Shown here piece after piece: positions 12,841 through 25,320 of a stretch of 64,000 bases of DNA. The translations under genes were made by a program, and so were the position numbers. The notes beneath the pieces are model-generated. The model was not told the DNA's origin. It saw only the letters and a list, made by a program, of their open reading frames with translations, and ran no database searches. The stretch's first letter is position 1. Each line of letters opens with the position of its first letter. Source of the DNA: Glycera tridactyla (lineage: Eukaryota); the NCBI GenBank assembly GCA_965644265.1, contig OZ286465.1, positions 7,130,001 to 7,194,000 of the forward strand. The letters are read 5' to 3'.

Positions 12841-13734
12841 GCAGTAACAAATTGAAACCAAGTGAGGACAGAAGGTGAGAAATATTTATTTTTCCTATCA
12901 CGTTCCATTCAGCAGTATATTTCTTTCGGATAATCCCACTTAATAAAATAAAACCTGGCGAGTAATGAAAATTACAAGCATTGCATCAAGTTACGAATCA
13001 GAAAAACATGCCCTGCATAATGAATGATTTTATCCAGATGTTTGTATTATGGAGGTAGTGATTTTTTTTTAAAAATTGCATCCAGCTTAAAGACACAGTG
13101 TCAAACATTCAAATTTATTAAATGCCAACGTTGCATATGTATTACTTTGTACTAATCCCAGGAATGAGATAAACCCGGCACCTTATAAAAATTAGATGCA
13201 TTGCAGAAAGTAGTTAATTTCTAACATATGCCCTTCCGCTAACATATTATTTTCATTATATTGATTTTCAGATCTCGAAATATCAATCTNNNNNNNNNNN
13301 NNNNNNNNNNNNNNNNNNNNNNNNNNNNNNNNNNNNNNNNNNNNNNNNNNNNNNNNNNNNNNNNNNNNNNNNNNNNNNNNNNNNNNNNNNNNNNNNNNNN
13401 NNNNNNNNNNNNNNNNNNNNNNNNNNNNNNNNNNNNNNNNNNNNNNNNNNNNNNNNNNNNNNNNNNNNNNNNNNNNNNNNNGAGAGCAGTAAATTGTGAG
13501 ATGTTTAAACGATTTCTTTTGGCAACATCCTATTTCATCGTTGAATCGTCCATACACAGAAATATTATTGTCAATGTTTGGTCGAAGTATTTCTTGCAGC
13601 ATTCTATTTCAACGTTAAGTGGCGAACATTCAATGGCAGCATCTCCAGGTTTCATGATGATATCAATTTCCGTTGTTCGATGTTTGAACTATTCTGTCTA
13701 CACTGAAACATAGAATAATTAGCTCATTAAATAA

Positions 13735-13736
<2 letters not shown>

Positions 13737-13819
<83 letters not shown>
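13737..13819. repeat. (GA)n microsatellite
   Basis: Read directly; a second short (GA)n lies at ~16820-16855. Confidence 0.95.
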
Positions 13820-13829
13820 TGGTTCAATC

Positions 13830-14110
13830 AAGTTCGCACCTGGTGGATTCAAATTGAAACATTTAGTACAACATTATAACGCTAGAGGCGTAAGGAATTC
13901 ATAACAGATATGGTACATGTAATTGAAGGAACTAATAGTTCATAAATTTAACGCTAGAAAGTCTGCCAAATATATCATACGCGCACCTGGCGGATTCTAA
14001 TTGAAACATGTAGTACAAGATTATAATGATAGAGGTTTGCTGATTAAGTGTCAGATATGGAGAACGTTAATAAAGGAACTAATAGTTCACCAATTTAAGG
14101 CTACATAAAT
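13830..14110 (+). repeat. 147-bp tandem repeat (2 copies)
   Basis: GCACCTGG(T/C)GGATTC at 13836 and 13983; each copy carries GAACTAATAGTTC. Confidence 0.8.
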
Positions 14111-14171
14111 CTATTACGTATTTTTCATTTTAGAGCATCAGAATTTGTTTATTCCAATTTACTATGTTATC

Positions 14172-15510
14172 TTTTTTTAAATAAGTTTATTCAGGATAGC
14201 AGTGGACCCGGAGGTCATACAATAAGCTAACACAGTAAGAGATAAATGAGTAGACAACATAATACAAGTGGACAAATAGTGTTTGGTGATCGAAGAGACA
14301 AAACGGATCAGCCAAGTAACCCGGCAGATGATCTAGACGAAGGATACAAGCAACAGTAGTATCCATAGAATCATGGTATAGTTGGAATTGAGATCATAGC
14401 CCATAACTAATAATTGGCGTATAGTCGGAGTCATACATATCAGACTCACACCTGACAGATCTCAACAATTTGCACATGTAGAATGTAAGCAGAGAGAAGT
14501 CCATCGTATACAAGTAAGTATGGGATGAGGCAACATTATTCAATGCATCGGAGCGACCAAGTTTCTGCACATGCCTTAGAATGTTGCATCCGGGGGGGGG
14601 GGGGGGGGGGAGTTTCCATACACAACTAAGTAGGTGTAAGATACTGAGTATCCCCATAGTAAATTGAATTCAAATGAATATACAAGACACAATTGGCATA
14701 TGAATAGTATGATTCGAGTACTTGACTTACTCACTCATCAATAGTTGTTTCCAAGGCGGGAGCACAGAGTAGTAACTAGTGTGGTGTGGTAAACCTCTAC
14801 AATTTAGCTGTATAGCAATGTAGAGTAACAGCCCGGTCGGGATTTTGCGCAACAGGTAAGTAATACAGAACATAACATAAAGCACCCAGAATGGGGACAA
14901 TAGTTTAACCCGGCACTGCATCCAGAATGGAGGCAGTCATCACCTTGATTAGTCGGGTCGAGGTTATTCATACCCTGTGATGACTAAAGTGTTTTTTAAC
15001 ATGAATTTTAAAGCTGATAGTCGTCTCACAGTTGCGCAACTCAGGTGGGATAGTATTCCACAACTGTGTAGCTCTAGCAGATAGAGAGCCATAGGCAAAA
15101 CTCGTCTTAAATTTGGGGGGATAGAGGTCCCTACGAGTGGTTTGCCTGGTTTCACGGGAGCTGACGTTAGCCGCTTCGGTGAATAGATGTTTTAAAGACA
15201 TAGGGCTCGTGGACTTAATAGCATTGTAGACTTGCATAGACATACTAACATTTCTTATTTCTTGCAGAAATGGCACCTTTAAAGAGAGATGAAGTTCAGT
15301 GGCTGACCTGAATGCCATTGACCCTTTAACAGCACGAAGACTGTTATTTTGTGCCACTTGCAGCTTGTTGGCATACGTAGTGTACATGGCATCATAATTA
15401 AAGTCATTATAGAGAAAAAGTGGATGTATCAAAGCATTGTAAAGATGCAGTGCTCCAGACTGGGAGATGTTCTGCCTGATTCGTATCAGTGCCAATCTCC
15501 TAGCATCTCC
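14172..15510 (-). mobile_element. 5'-truncated CR1/L2-group LINE (ORF2 C-terminus 15495-14968 plus 3' UTR)
   Basis: LYNALIHPLFLY...KLQVAQNNSLR...LWNTIPPELRNCETTISFKIHVKKH is typical of the CR1/L2-group post-RT region. AATAAA followed by a short A-run lies on the minus strand at ~14170-14192. Confidence 0.8.
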
Positions 15511-15719
15511 TAGTTATGATTAAGGATATCCGAATGCATTCAAATTAATAATTACATTTGGAATTAAGTGAAATATTTAATTTACCTCGTTGGTCTGTAG
15601 ACATCACCAGTAATTTGCACATCAATTCTTGTTGCTTTCGTCCATCTGGAAAAAAAAATGTGCAATTCATTATGTGATTCATTATGAGATTCATAATTTG
15701 ACATTTTACTCATAATTTG

Positions 15720-16800
15720 CATATATTCATTAACGGATAGGAGAAAAATTGAAGACCGCATTTTCACACTGTCATCAGTCAATATTGAATTTTTACTCCC
15801 ATCCGTCAATATCACACATTCAATGACGGAATGGAGGAAAATTGAGGACCGCATTTTGATATAGATCCGGTGGGGTCAACGTCATAAAAGGGTCCTCATA
15901 AATTCTATTTATTTTTCAATCATTCAATCATTCAATATTGATTTTTCACACTGTCATCAGTCAATATTGAATTTTTACTCCTATCCGTCAATATCATACA
16001 TTCAATGACGGAAAGGAGGAAAATTGAGGACCACATTTTGATGTAGATCCGGTGGGGTCGTCATAAAAGGGTCCTCATAAATTCTATTTATTATTCAATC
16101 ATTCAATCAGTCATCAGTCAATATTAAATTTTTACTCCTATCCGTCAATATCATACATTCGATGACGGAAAGGAGGAAAATTGAGGACCGCATTTTGATG
16201 TAGATCCGGTGGAGTCAACGTCATAAAAGGGTCCTCATAAATACTATTTATTATTCAATCATTCAATCAGTCATCAGTCAATATTGAATTTTTACTCCTA
16301 TCCGTCAATATCATACATTCAATAACGAAAAGGAGGAAAATTGAGGACCGCATTTCGATGTAGATCCGGTGGGGTCAACGTCATAAAAGGGTCCTCATAA
16401 ATTCTAGTTATTTTTCAATCATTCAAAAAGTCATCAGTCAATATTGATTTTTCACATTGTCATCAGTCAATATTGAATTTTTACTCCTATCCGTCAATAT
16501 CATACATTCAATAACGGAAAGGAGGAAAATTGAGGACCGCATTTTGATGTAGATCCGGTGGGGTCAATGTCATAAAAGGGTCCTCATAAATTCTAGTTAT
16601 TTTTCAATCATTCAATAAATCATCAGTCAATATTGATTTTTCACACGTCATCAGTCAATATTGAATTTTTACTCCTATCCATCAATATCATACATTCAAT
16701 AACGGAAAGGAGGAAAATTGTGGAAAAGTGAGGACCGCATTCTGATGTAGATCCGGTGGGGTCAACGTCATAAAACGGTCCTCAGAAATTCTATTTATTT
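15720..16800 (+). repeat. Tandem satellite-like array, ~160-185-bp unit, ~6 copies
   Basis: Recurrent GTCATCAGTCAATATTGAATTTTTACTCCTATCCGTCAATATC...GATCCGGTGGGGTCAACGTCATAAAAGGGTCCTCATAAA. Unit length varies through an internal sub-duplication. Confidence 0.95.
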
Positions 16801-17581
16801 TTAAAACTAGTGACAATTCGAGAGAGAGAGAGAGATAGATAGAGAGAGAGAGAAAATTAATCATGCAATAAAGGGTAATAACACATGTATTTCATTTATT
16901 TCAGGTCTGGCTCAACAGTATATACAATTGACCTCGTGCAACAAAGGCAATAATCCATTCGGAGAAAATCGATCGGTATTAGTTTCTACAGTCGTCACCA
17001 GACTCTGTGGGTTCCAACATTGGCGTGCAGGTGATTTCTTGTTTGCAACTAACGGATCTAAAGAGAACTATTAATTCCATGATTGTCCGACAGGGGTGTG
17101 TAAGTTTATTCGTGTTTGCGACTACCGGATTGTAAACGAACTATCAGTTTTACTTGTTTCCGTACACATACGTGCCAGTGCATAGGGAAGTACGCCTGAC
17201 GGATCGACACGGAACTAATAATTTCACAAGTAGTCGTTGAGAGGTGTCGCATCACGTACGCATTTCGGACATGCGGAAAGAAGGGAACTATTAGTACCAT
17301 ATTTCAACACGGAGTGGCACGCAAGTGCACAAGGGAATTCCCTGCTTAGAATGACGTAGGCGCATCTATTTTGATGGAATACCCATAGCCATGATGACGT
17401 AGGCGCACTTTTATCATGTTTTTCAGACGGAATTTCCTTTAGTTAGACCTAAAATATGTCATTTAAAATTAAAATGAATTATCATTGCATACGTGGACAT
17501 CCAATGGCGCCATTATTATTGTTTTGAAGTCTGAGGGTTTTTTTCATTCATTCTAAATAATCGTGTTATTAAATACTCACA

Positions 17582-18540
17582 CTAGGACTGTGAATCATTG
17601 CTGGATTCACTGTCCGAGATCTGAATAATGGAATCAGAGAGAATGATCTTCGGAGCTTGTTTTTCCAGACCTTCAACACCAATTATGACGCAACTCTCTG
17701 CTGATGTGTTCCATAATGATTCAGTTGATGAATCTTCATCATTCAAGTATTTCTCGGAAGAAGGGAACATAGGATGCGAAATTAGCAGTTCTGGATCCGA
17801 ACTTTCAACGATACTGTCCAAGTCTGTCCTTACATTACCACTTGCTGGTATCGGAGAGGAATTGTCACTGTACAGCTTTGGTGTGCTGCAAGCTACTGGT
17901 GGAGAAAGTGCTTGATCTTAATGTATGCTTTCAATTGTTGATGAGTTGCTAGCCAGAATATCTTCATATTTAATTGAAAATGATGGCTTGGATACTGTCA
18001 ATGTAGGTGATTTCATAATTACATCCAAATCAGGCACTTCATATGGTATGTCTTCATTTACTAGCTCTGATACCGTACATGTATGTGATACCTTCATTAG
18101 TTTTGTTCGCTGAAAACCAACATCTAAATCAGGCAGTTCATATGGTGGACTGGCTTGCTTGTCATCAGGAATTTTGCATGATTCACTGTAAGTCGTCGTT
18201 CTTGGAATTGGTTTCTTTCTTGACATAACAGCAGTTATCTCAGGCAGTTCATCAGGTACAGTATCATTGTCTGAGATGTCATGCTTAACTTCTAAAGCCC
18301 TGTATGATTCCTGAGATAGGAAACTGCTCAGACTGACTATTTTGCTTGGCCCAGGGTGTTCTTGAACTGTAGATATACCCTTCTGACTTTCGCATCTACA
18401 GTGAAAGGGTTCTTGATTCTCCATGAGGTCCTGATCAATGGCTCTTAAGCAGGCTGGGTCACCAAGTATCATTTTTAGAAGGTAGGACATGTCACAATTC
18501 TTTGGTTTAAATCTGAAGGTTTGATGTAAAGTACGGTAAC
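17582..18540 (-). pseudogene. 3' part of an unknown ORF split by the DIRS insertion (Ser/Asp/Glu-rich C-terminal half)
   Basis: One frame from 18540 to TAG at 17582 with a single in-frame TAA at 17918; repeated PYE(L/V)PDLDV motif; followed by a GTGAGT donor-like site at 17580. Confidence 0.7.
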
Positions 18541-18808
18541 CCCCCCCCCCCCCAGGTTTATTAATTTAACCTGGGGATCTATACTTACCCATTTCTCCCT
18601 CAAATTCTGCATTCCCCAGGCCGAAGTGCCTACGTGCGAACATAACTACAAAACTTTTTAGGGAGACAGCCCTCCCGTTTATGGGATCCACTAGATGGCT
18701 CCCCCTACTATGCCTCCCGACGTCACCTGGCAACCGCTGTGTCTCTGTGTATTTTTTCAACGAGCTTATATATAGCTCTACAGCGGGGACGGACGGGAGG
18801 GACCATCC

Positions 18809-18903
18809 AATTTGAGGGAGAAATGGGTAAGTATAGATCCCCAGGTTAAATTAATAAACCTGGGGGGGATCTATCTGTACCCATTTCTCCCTCAAATTCT
18901 GCA
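18809..18903 (-). other. DIRS internal complementary region (ICR, circle-junction copy)
   Basis: The first half is the reverse complement of 18547-18610 and the second half of 26076-26111, joined through GGGGGGG-ATC. Confidence 0.95.
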
Positions 18904-18952
18904 ATGAATATGACACGGATGGAGGGTGTAGAGTCATAAGACTAATATATAT

Positions 18953-19330
18953 CTCCGTGTCTCTCAGGAAGAACCTATACCCCTAAAGTAGGGTAATGTT
19001 ACCAAACCCGAGTATTTAACTTGTACAATATATAGACCAGGAGTCCCAACTCCGTGTCTCACGGGAAACAACCCATACCCCTAAAGTAGGGTAAAGGTAG
19101 TCAGCACCCGTGTATTAAAAATGTACAATATCAGACCAGGAGAAAAACTCCTTGTCTGTCGGGAAGACTTCCTACCCCTAAAGTAGGGTAAAGTCGCCGA
19201 TGCCCGACTATTAAAACTATGTACAATATTGACCCAGAGAAAAACTCCATGTCTCTTGGGGATCATATCTGACCTCAGACTAAAAATGTCCCCAAGTCTT
19301 CAAAAGGTATAAATGTACATACAGTAATAT
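18953..19330 (-). repeat. 97-98-bp structured tandem repeat in the DIRS 3' UTR (3 full and 1 diverged unit)
   Basis: Units start at 18953, 19050, 19148 and 19245; invariant TACCCCTAAAGTAGGGTA hairpin in units 1-3; compensatory stem changes between units. Confidence 0.85.
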
Positions 19331-19351
19331 AAAAAACATCAGTAATTACAT

Positions 19352-22252
19352 TTACTCATTTGGAGTGATTACTGATTGAGCCATTACTAAGGGTCCCAAG
19401 GAATATAGATCTAGTGCGTGACCGCACATATCCCTTAGGTAATATGAAGCGAAGGTATTCCCAGACTTCCAGAAAGCGGCCCTCAATAATTCCTCTACTG
19501 AACTAGCCTGATTCAGTGAATTCCAGGATGTCGCTATTGCCCGAACCTCATGGGCTGAGATAGAGTCTGGAAGATCTTTTGACCTTTCTGCTTCTTCATA
19601 AGCTGATCTCACCACCTGTTGGATCCAGGCTGAAATTCAATCCACTCTGATTTCACTGGATGTACCTGGACTAGGGGGAATAAATAGCCGAACTCTATTC
19701 CCTCTAAGAGGTTCAACTTTCTGTAAGTAAAAACGTAAGCTCTTACAGGACAAAGAAATGCTCCTCTGTCGTTGCTATTAGGTGGTAAAGCCGGGATTAT
19801 CACTCCTGGTGACTTCTTTGTTGGTTTCTGTCCCTTGGCCAAAAACCCCAGTACAGAAAATAGTTGTACTGAAGTCATATCAGCGGCAAATCGGACGGAT
19901 CCTCTCGAACCTGAAAAGGCATGAACTTCGCTTCGGCGTCTACCAGTGCCACCAAGAAAGCTGTTTTCCTGGTCAAATCTAACAAGGAACAATCTGCTAT
20001 AGGCTCAAACCTTGAACCTTGAAGAAATTTCAAAACAACTGATAAGTCCCATTGGGGAACAGTCCTTTGTGACACTGGTCTCTCCAGTTCAAAATTACTC
20101 TGCAAAGCTTTAATATTCTTATGATTCAACATGCTACCATCAGTAAAAGCAAAAACCGATTGCATCGCATTTCTATAACCTCTGATGGTCGAAGGGGATA
20201 ATCCTGATTCAAACAGGTAGATAAAAAATTCTACCACTGACGGTGCAGAGGGACGCTGTGCTCTCTACACCATCCTGTCCACTTCTTCCATCTTGAGTCA
20301 TAAATCTTGGCTGATGACAGCCTGACGGACCTAGCGATCCGCTCTGCTGCCTTTGCAGAGTAACCCTTCCTGGAGAGGGCACCCCGGATAGACACCAAGC
20401 AGTCAAATTCATAACCTGAGGGCGAAAATGATGAACCAGTTTGGTGCCTACCACTTGAGTCATGAGATTCTTCTCGTCTGGCAGTTCCAACGGAAGATCT
20501 ATTGAAAGTTCTAAGAGGTCTGGAAACCACGACTGATTCAGCCACCAAGGGGCCACACAAATCAGTGTGATCTCCAGACCTCTCAGATGTCTGAGAATCT
20601 CTTTGATAAGAGCTGTCGGGGGGTAGATATAAGCCGTCCCGAAACGATTCCAATCTACTGCTAGAGCGTCAACCGCAAACGCTCTCGGATCTGGGTACGG
20701 GCATATGAATACTGGCAGTTTGGAATTTGCTGGTGTAGCCATGAGGTCTATTGTGGGGGAAAGTTTGTATTTCAGAGTTATCTGATTGAAGATTGTCTGG
20801 TCCAACGACCATTCTGTTTGTATTGGTGTTGCTCTTGACAGAGCATCTGCCAGAACGTTCCTGCGTCCTGGTATATGACGCACTCTGATCGTGACCCCCA
20901 ATTCCTTGATCAACATAAATATCTGCCATGCGATTCCGCATAAAAGAGCTGACCTCGTACCCCCCTGTTTCTGAAGGTATGACACAGTCGTCGAGTTGTC
21001 TGTGAATATCATCACAGTCAGATTCCTCACCCATTGGGAGAATTCATTCAAGGCTAACAGAACAGCCTCTAATTCGAGGGCATTTATAGAACAACCTATA
21101 TGAGACTGAGGCCAAGTCCCTGCTTTCTGTCTGATTACCTGGCCTGTTGTGAGACATGCTCCCCAACCTTTCAGAGAAGCGTCCGTCATAATCGTTGCAG
21201 ATGGTTGTGGAGGAGAAATCAGAATTCCCTGATATACGTTCTCCTTCCTCTGCCACCACTCGAGGATCTCTAAGATCTACTTGGGAATTACAATCAATAT
21301 TTCCATGGAGTCGGAAAACGGTGTCCATCTGGACAGCAGAAACATCTGCAGGGGTCTCATGAAAATTCTTCCCAATGGTATGAAGTCTGCCATGCTCGAC
21401 ATGTGACCTAATAATCTTAGAATAGCCCTGACTGGTTGCCGAGGCCTCCTGAGAAAGACTCTCACACACAGATCCATGTTGCTCACTCTCTTCAGGGACG
21501 GACGGACCATCCCGGATTGGGTGTCGAAATCGAGACCCAGATAAGTGAACTGCTTGCTTGGACAGAGGTCTGACTTCTGCAGATTCACAATCCAACCCAG
21601 GCTGGCCGTCATTTCTAGAACGTAGTCCAATTGATGAGTTAAAACAACTGGATCTTGGTGCCTCAGCAACCAGTCGTCGAGATAGAAATGAATCTTGATT
21701 CCTCGACTGTGTAGATGGTGCGCCAGTTCCCTCAACACCATTGTAAATACTCTCGCCGCCGAACAAAGACCGAACGGGAGGGCACGAAACTGGAATGCCT
21801 CCTCTTTGGATATGGCGAATCTTAGATATTTTTGAGAGTTTTGGTGAATCGGGATGTGGAAGTAAGCGTCTTTTAAATCTATTGATACTGTCCAATCTTG
21901 GGGAGATATTGATTTGACTACAGATGTCGCTGTCTCCATCTTGAATTTTGCGTTTCTGACTATCCTGTTCAGAGGCTTTAAATTTATGACTGGACGAAAG
22001 CCTCCCGTTGCCTTCGAGACCAGGAAGAGGTTGCAATAAAATCCCGGTTCCGCATTTTGATTGACTGGGATTATTGCTCGTTTGTTCAACATCTCCCTGA
22101 TCTCGTGGAGCAGTGCCTGTCTCTTCATCTGCCCCTTCGGTAGTGAAAAGGGCAAAAAGGTTTTCGAGAGTGGTGGCTGCTCCAGAAAGGACAACGACAG
22201 GCCCTCTCTTACTATCTCTAACACAAATCTGTTCTGAGTTAGGAGATTCCAT
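19352..22252 (-). pseudogene. DIRS tyrosine recombinase ORF with long N-terminal extension overlapping RT/RH
   Basis: ORFs 22252-21044, 21034-20669 and 20653-20231 share one frame (two stops); three frameshifts follow. Catalytic motifs RRSEVHA, SAHEVRA and WKSGNTFASYY. Confidence 0.92.
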
Positions 22253-22295
22253 TGATTTGGAACTGCAAAAGACGCCCCCCTACTACTTCCACATC
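20209..22295 (-). pseudogene. DIRS reverse transcriptase - RNase H - adenine-methyltransferase-like ORF
   Basis: VVGGRL start motif then a frameshift at ~22258; IDLKDAY and FYLDDWL (RT); TDASLKGWGA, TDNST and NVLADALSR (RH); IDLMAT...AYIYPP (MT-like). One in-frame TAG at 21277-21279. Confidence 0.95.
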
Positions 22296-22317
22296 TGAAG
22301 GACTGGCGCTCGCCATC

Positions 22318-24934
22318 CTAGGGCTGGCGCTTCTTGCCACGTCCTCTCTTATTAAATGTCACCTTGAATTCAGTTTTTGCATTTGACTGATCTTGATTTT
22401 GTCCTGATACATTCTGATCTTGTTGTCTATTTGAACTCTGGCCACCACCTCTGCCACGACCACGACCTCTTGACTGTCCTCTGCCACGAGAACTACTGCG
22501 ACCTCTCTTCTTAGGGAATCCCCGAGAAGAAGAAGAGGAATAATCTGAATGCTTTGGACCAAAATCATAAGCCATCTCTCTCTGCCTCCTCCCTACCTCA
22601 AAAGACTGTTTGGAAGCCTCGGCTAACTTGCCTCCAAACAAACAACTCAGGCTGGCCCAAAGGTAAAGCTCTCAGCTTATCCTTTGTATCTTCGTCGAAA
22701 TCAGTACCTTTTATCGCCGCAGATCTTCTAGACAACTCCATGTTGCTGACGACCTTCAGGACCAACTGTGTAGCATGTTCTACCGCCTGAAGGCCGACAC
22801 GGATGGCTTCCTTTTGTTTGGCTTTAATGTCTTTGATGTCTGCCTCAGACATCTCAGTTGAACACAAACCCGCTGCCAGCGTGAAGTCCGCATAGCTCAT
22901 AGCCTTCAAAGATTCCCGTAGGATAGTTTCATCATTGGAAGGCTTTAATTCATTTTTGGATGTCCTACCAAAATTTGAATAATCACGGTCAATCTGTGGA
23001 GCCTGCACTATATATCTGCGTGATCTATCCCCTGTATCACGAATCCTATAGGATCTTGAGTTACATCCATAAACTCTTGGTGCAGTGACTTTGAAATATT
23101 TAGTATTGGCTTCAACCAGACCCCCCATATCTAATTTGAAATCCTCAAGAGGTGTGGTGATTGGCAGGATCTCCTGCTTCTCTTCTCTGCCTTGCAAAGC
23201 CTTGTCCAATATTTCCTGACTTCCAATTAATAAAGGAGAGATAGGAAGAGCTGTCTCAATAGATGCATCTACCGCCCTAGTATTTAATTCATCGTCAAAA
23301 GACGTATCCATTGTCATTCTAGCAGCCATTGTCTTTCTATGATGGACAGATTCAGGATTAGGGATCAAGGTAGGGAGAACATCTGAAGTAAATCTCCTAA
23401 AACTCCTCATCCTTCTTTTCACCTCTGGTTTCTCTTCTTCACCATCAGAATCTCCCACCGGATCTTTGACTTCATTCACCTCCTTTCTCTCTAATCTTTT
23501 CTCCACTTTTTCCATCCTAACTTTCATGGCTTGCATCATAGCATCTCTTGACATGTCGTCTATACTTCTTTGAGATCCTGTAGGTCTAACAAAAGCAGAA
23601 TTGTCAGTTTCTCCCATAACAGCTGACCTCCCTGGAGCACTAGCAGTACATGGAATGGACCTAGGCTTTTTAGCAGGACGAACAATCTCATCTGCTTTCC
23701 TTTTCAGGGCTTGCTCTGCTTGAGATACCCTGCGGGGCATCCCATAACCCAACTGGGCCCTCGTATCTGCCATTAAAAGCATCAGTTGTTCCATGGTCTT
23801 CTTGATTGACTGACTTCTGTCAGTAAAATCACTGACTCCTGTACCTCTAACCTCAGACCTAGCAGGAGAATTAACTGAGGTATCAAGGTTATGAATTGAC
23901 TCGTCTCTGGGTACCTCCCCATCTGATTGCTCTGGTGGATCATCTACCTCATCAGGATCATTGACCCACACATCCCCAGGACCAGACGCATCTTCCCCAC
24001 TGGAATCCGCAATATGTCCCGTGTCAGGTAAGGATTGACATCCTCGCCTTTCTGAACTATATTTGTCCAGTAGCCGATCTATCCTCAGTCTCGGATATGA
24101 CGTGCCTCCGTCATTCCTACTGGACCTGTCCGGAGATTGGGGTCCCGAGACAACTTTTCCCAAATCAGAGCTCAGCCTTGAGCTTTTGTTCTGTGCAATA
24201 GGCAAAGCCTTTCGCCCTGACACAGAACTACCTCCAGCCTTGGAAGCAACTGATCTGACCGAGTTTGCTTTGCCCACTCGAATGGGAATTCTACTCTTTT
24301 GAGTAGACTGTGCCAAGGGAGCTGATTCTTCTGGCCACTCAAAATCATCCTGGAAATCCCTTATTTCAGGAGCTGTCTCGATTTCATCATGTGGCTCTTC
24401 ATCAAGCATATCATCATTATTCAAAAGACCCATTTCCTGCAATTCAATATCTGGTTGTCTAATCTCTTGAGATTGTATAATATCATGTGACTTCTGGTCC
24501 TTCAATCCTTCTGCTTTCTTTGCTGCCCTTTGCAAGGCAATCTGTCTTCTCTTACGTAAAGAAGAAGCTAAGTGAGGGCGTAACAATAACTCCTCGGACA
24601 TACTGTCAATACTATCGACCTGAGAACCTTCAGAAGGGATTTTCAAAACTTTAAGTTCCACAGAGGGCATCCTTGCTGGCTCAGAAATACGAGATGGGAC
24701 AGGGCTAGCTCCTACAGTAGTACATGATTTAGTTTTCTTCAAGGATAGCTTCCTTCTTTTATAATGGGCAGACCATTTCTCCAAAGGCCACTGAGAACAG
24801 ACACCACACACTTTTTGACCAAATTTAAGGACATCCTCGGACTTGCCGCAGTCTCTACAGGAGGGACATTTGGTGTGATCGTCCCATGTCTCCATGACAT
24901 GGCCACAACTACCCTTTTTCTGACCAGACGACAT
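22318..24934 (-). pseudogene. DIRS gag-like ORF1
   Basis: Likely ATG at 24934 (MSSGQKKGSCGH...CPSCRDC...CGVCSQW, Cys/His-rich N-terminus). A 4-bp AAAC slip at ~22635 shifts into the RGRG-rich C-terminus (22641-22318). Confidence 0.85.
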
Positions 24935-24989
24935 GATTCTTGCTTGTATGGAGTATATTTCAAAAGAGGGTAACACCAACACGGGTACT

Positions 24990-25320
24990 GGAGTGAATAT
25001 GTGCACTTTATGTGCAATCAATTGTGATTTGTGTATAGTCAAAATTTCACATCCGGACACTCAACACCTGCTGATATGAAAATCACAGACCCCCAGAGGG
25101 CCATTTCAAAGATTGGTGCAGAGTGACCTAGAACAAGACAACTGATGGCATTCACAGTGCTGGGTGAGTATGTGCACTTTGTGTGCAATCAATAGTGATC
25201 TGTATATCTATTCAATATTTCACATGCGGAGACTCAACACCTGCTGATATGAAAGTCACAGACCCCCAGAGGGCCATTTCAAAGGTTGGTGCAGAGTGCC
25301 CTAACAAGACACTGATATAT
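24990..25320 (-). repeat. ~173-bp tandem duplication in the DIRS 5' leader
   Basis: CTCAACACCTGCTGATATGAAA(A/G)TCACAGACCCCCAGAGGGCCATTTCAAAG at ~25060 and ~25233. Confidence 0.85.

Noticed and set aside
10160-13290. Merlin TIRs and an 8-9-bp TSD
   Set aside because: Searched by eye on both sides of the ORF and found no convincing inverted pair; the right end may lie in the gap at 13290.
18513-18515. TTCAG acceptor defining 18512-17581 as an independent host exon
   Set aside because: The frame stays open upstream of it and joins the ORF on the other side of the DIRS, which explains the region more simply.
18953-19330. Hammerhead ribozymes in the DIRS 3' repeats
   Set aside because: No CUGANGA (or U3:A8 equivalent) followed by a stem and GAAA on either strand.
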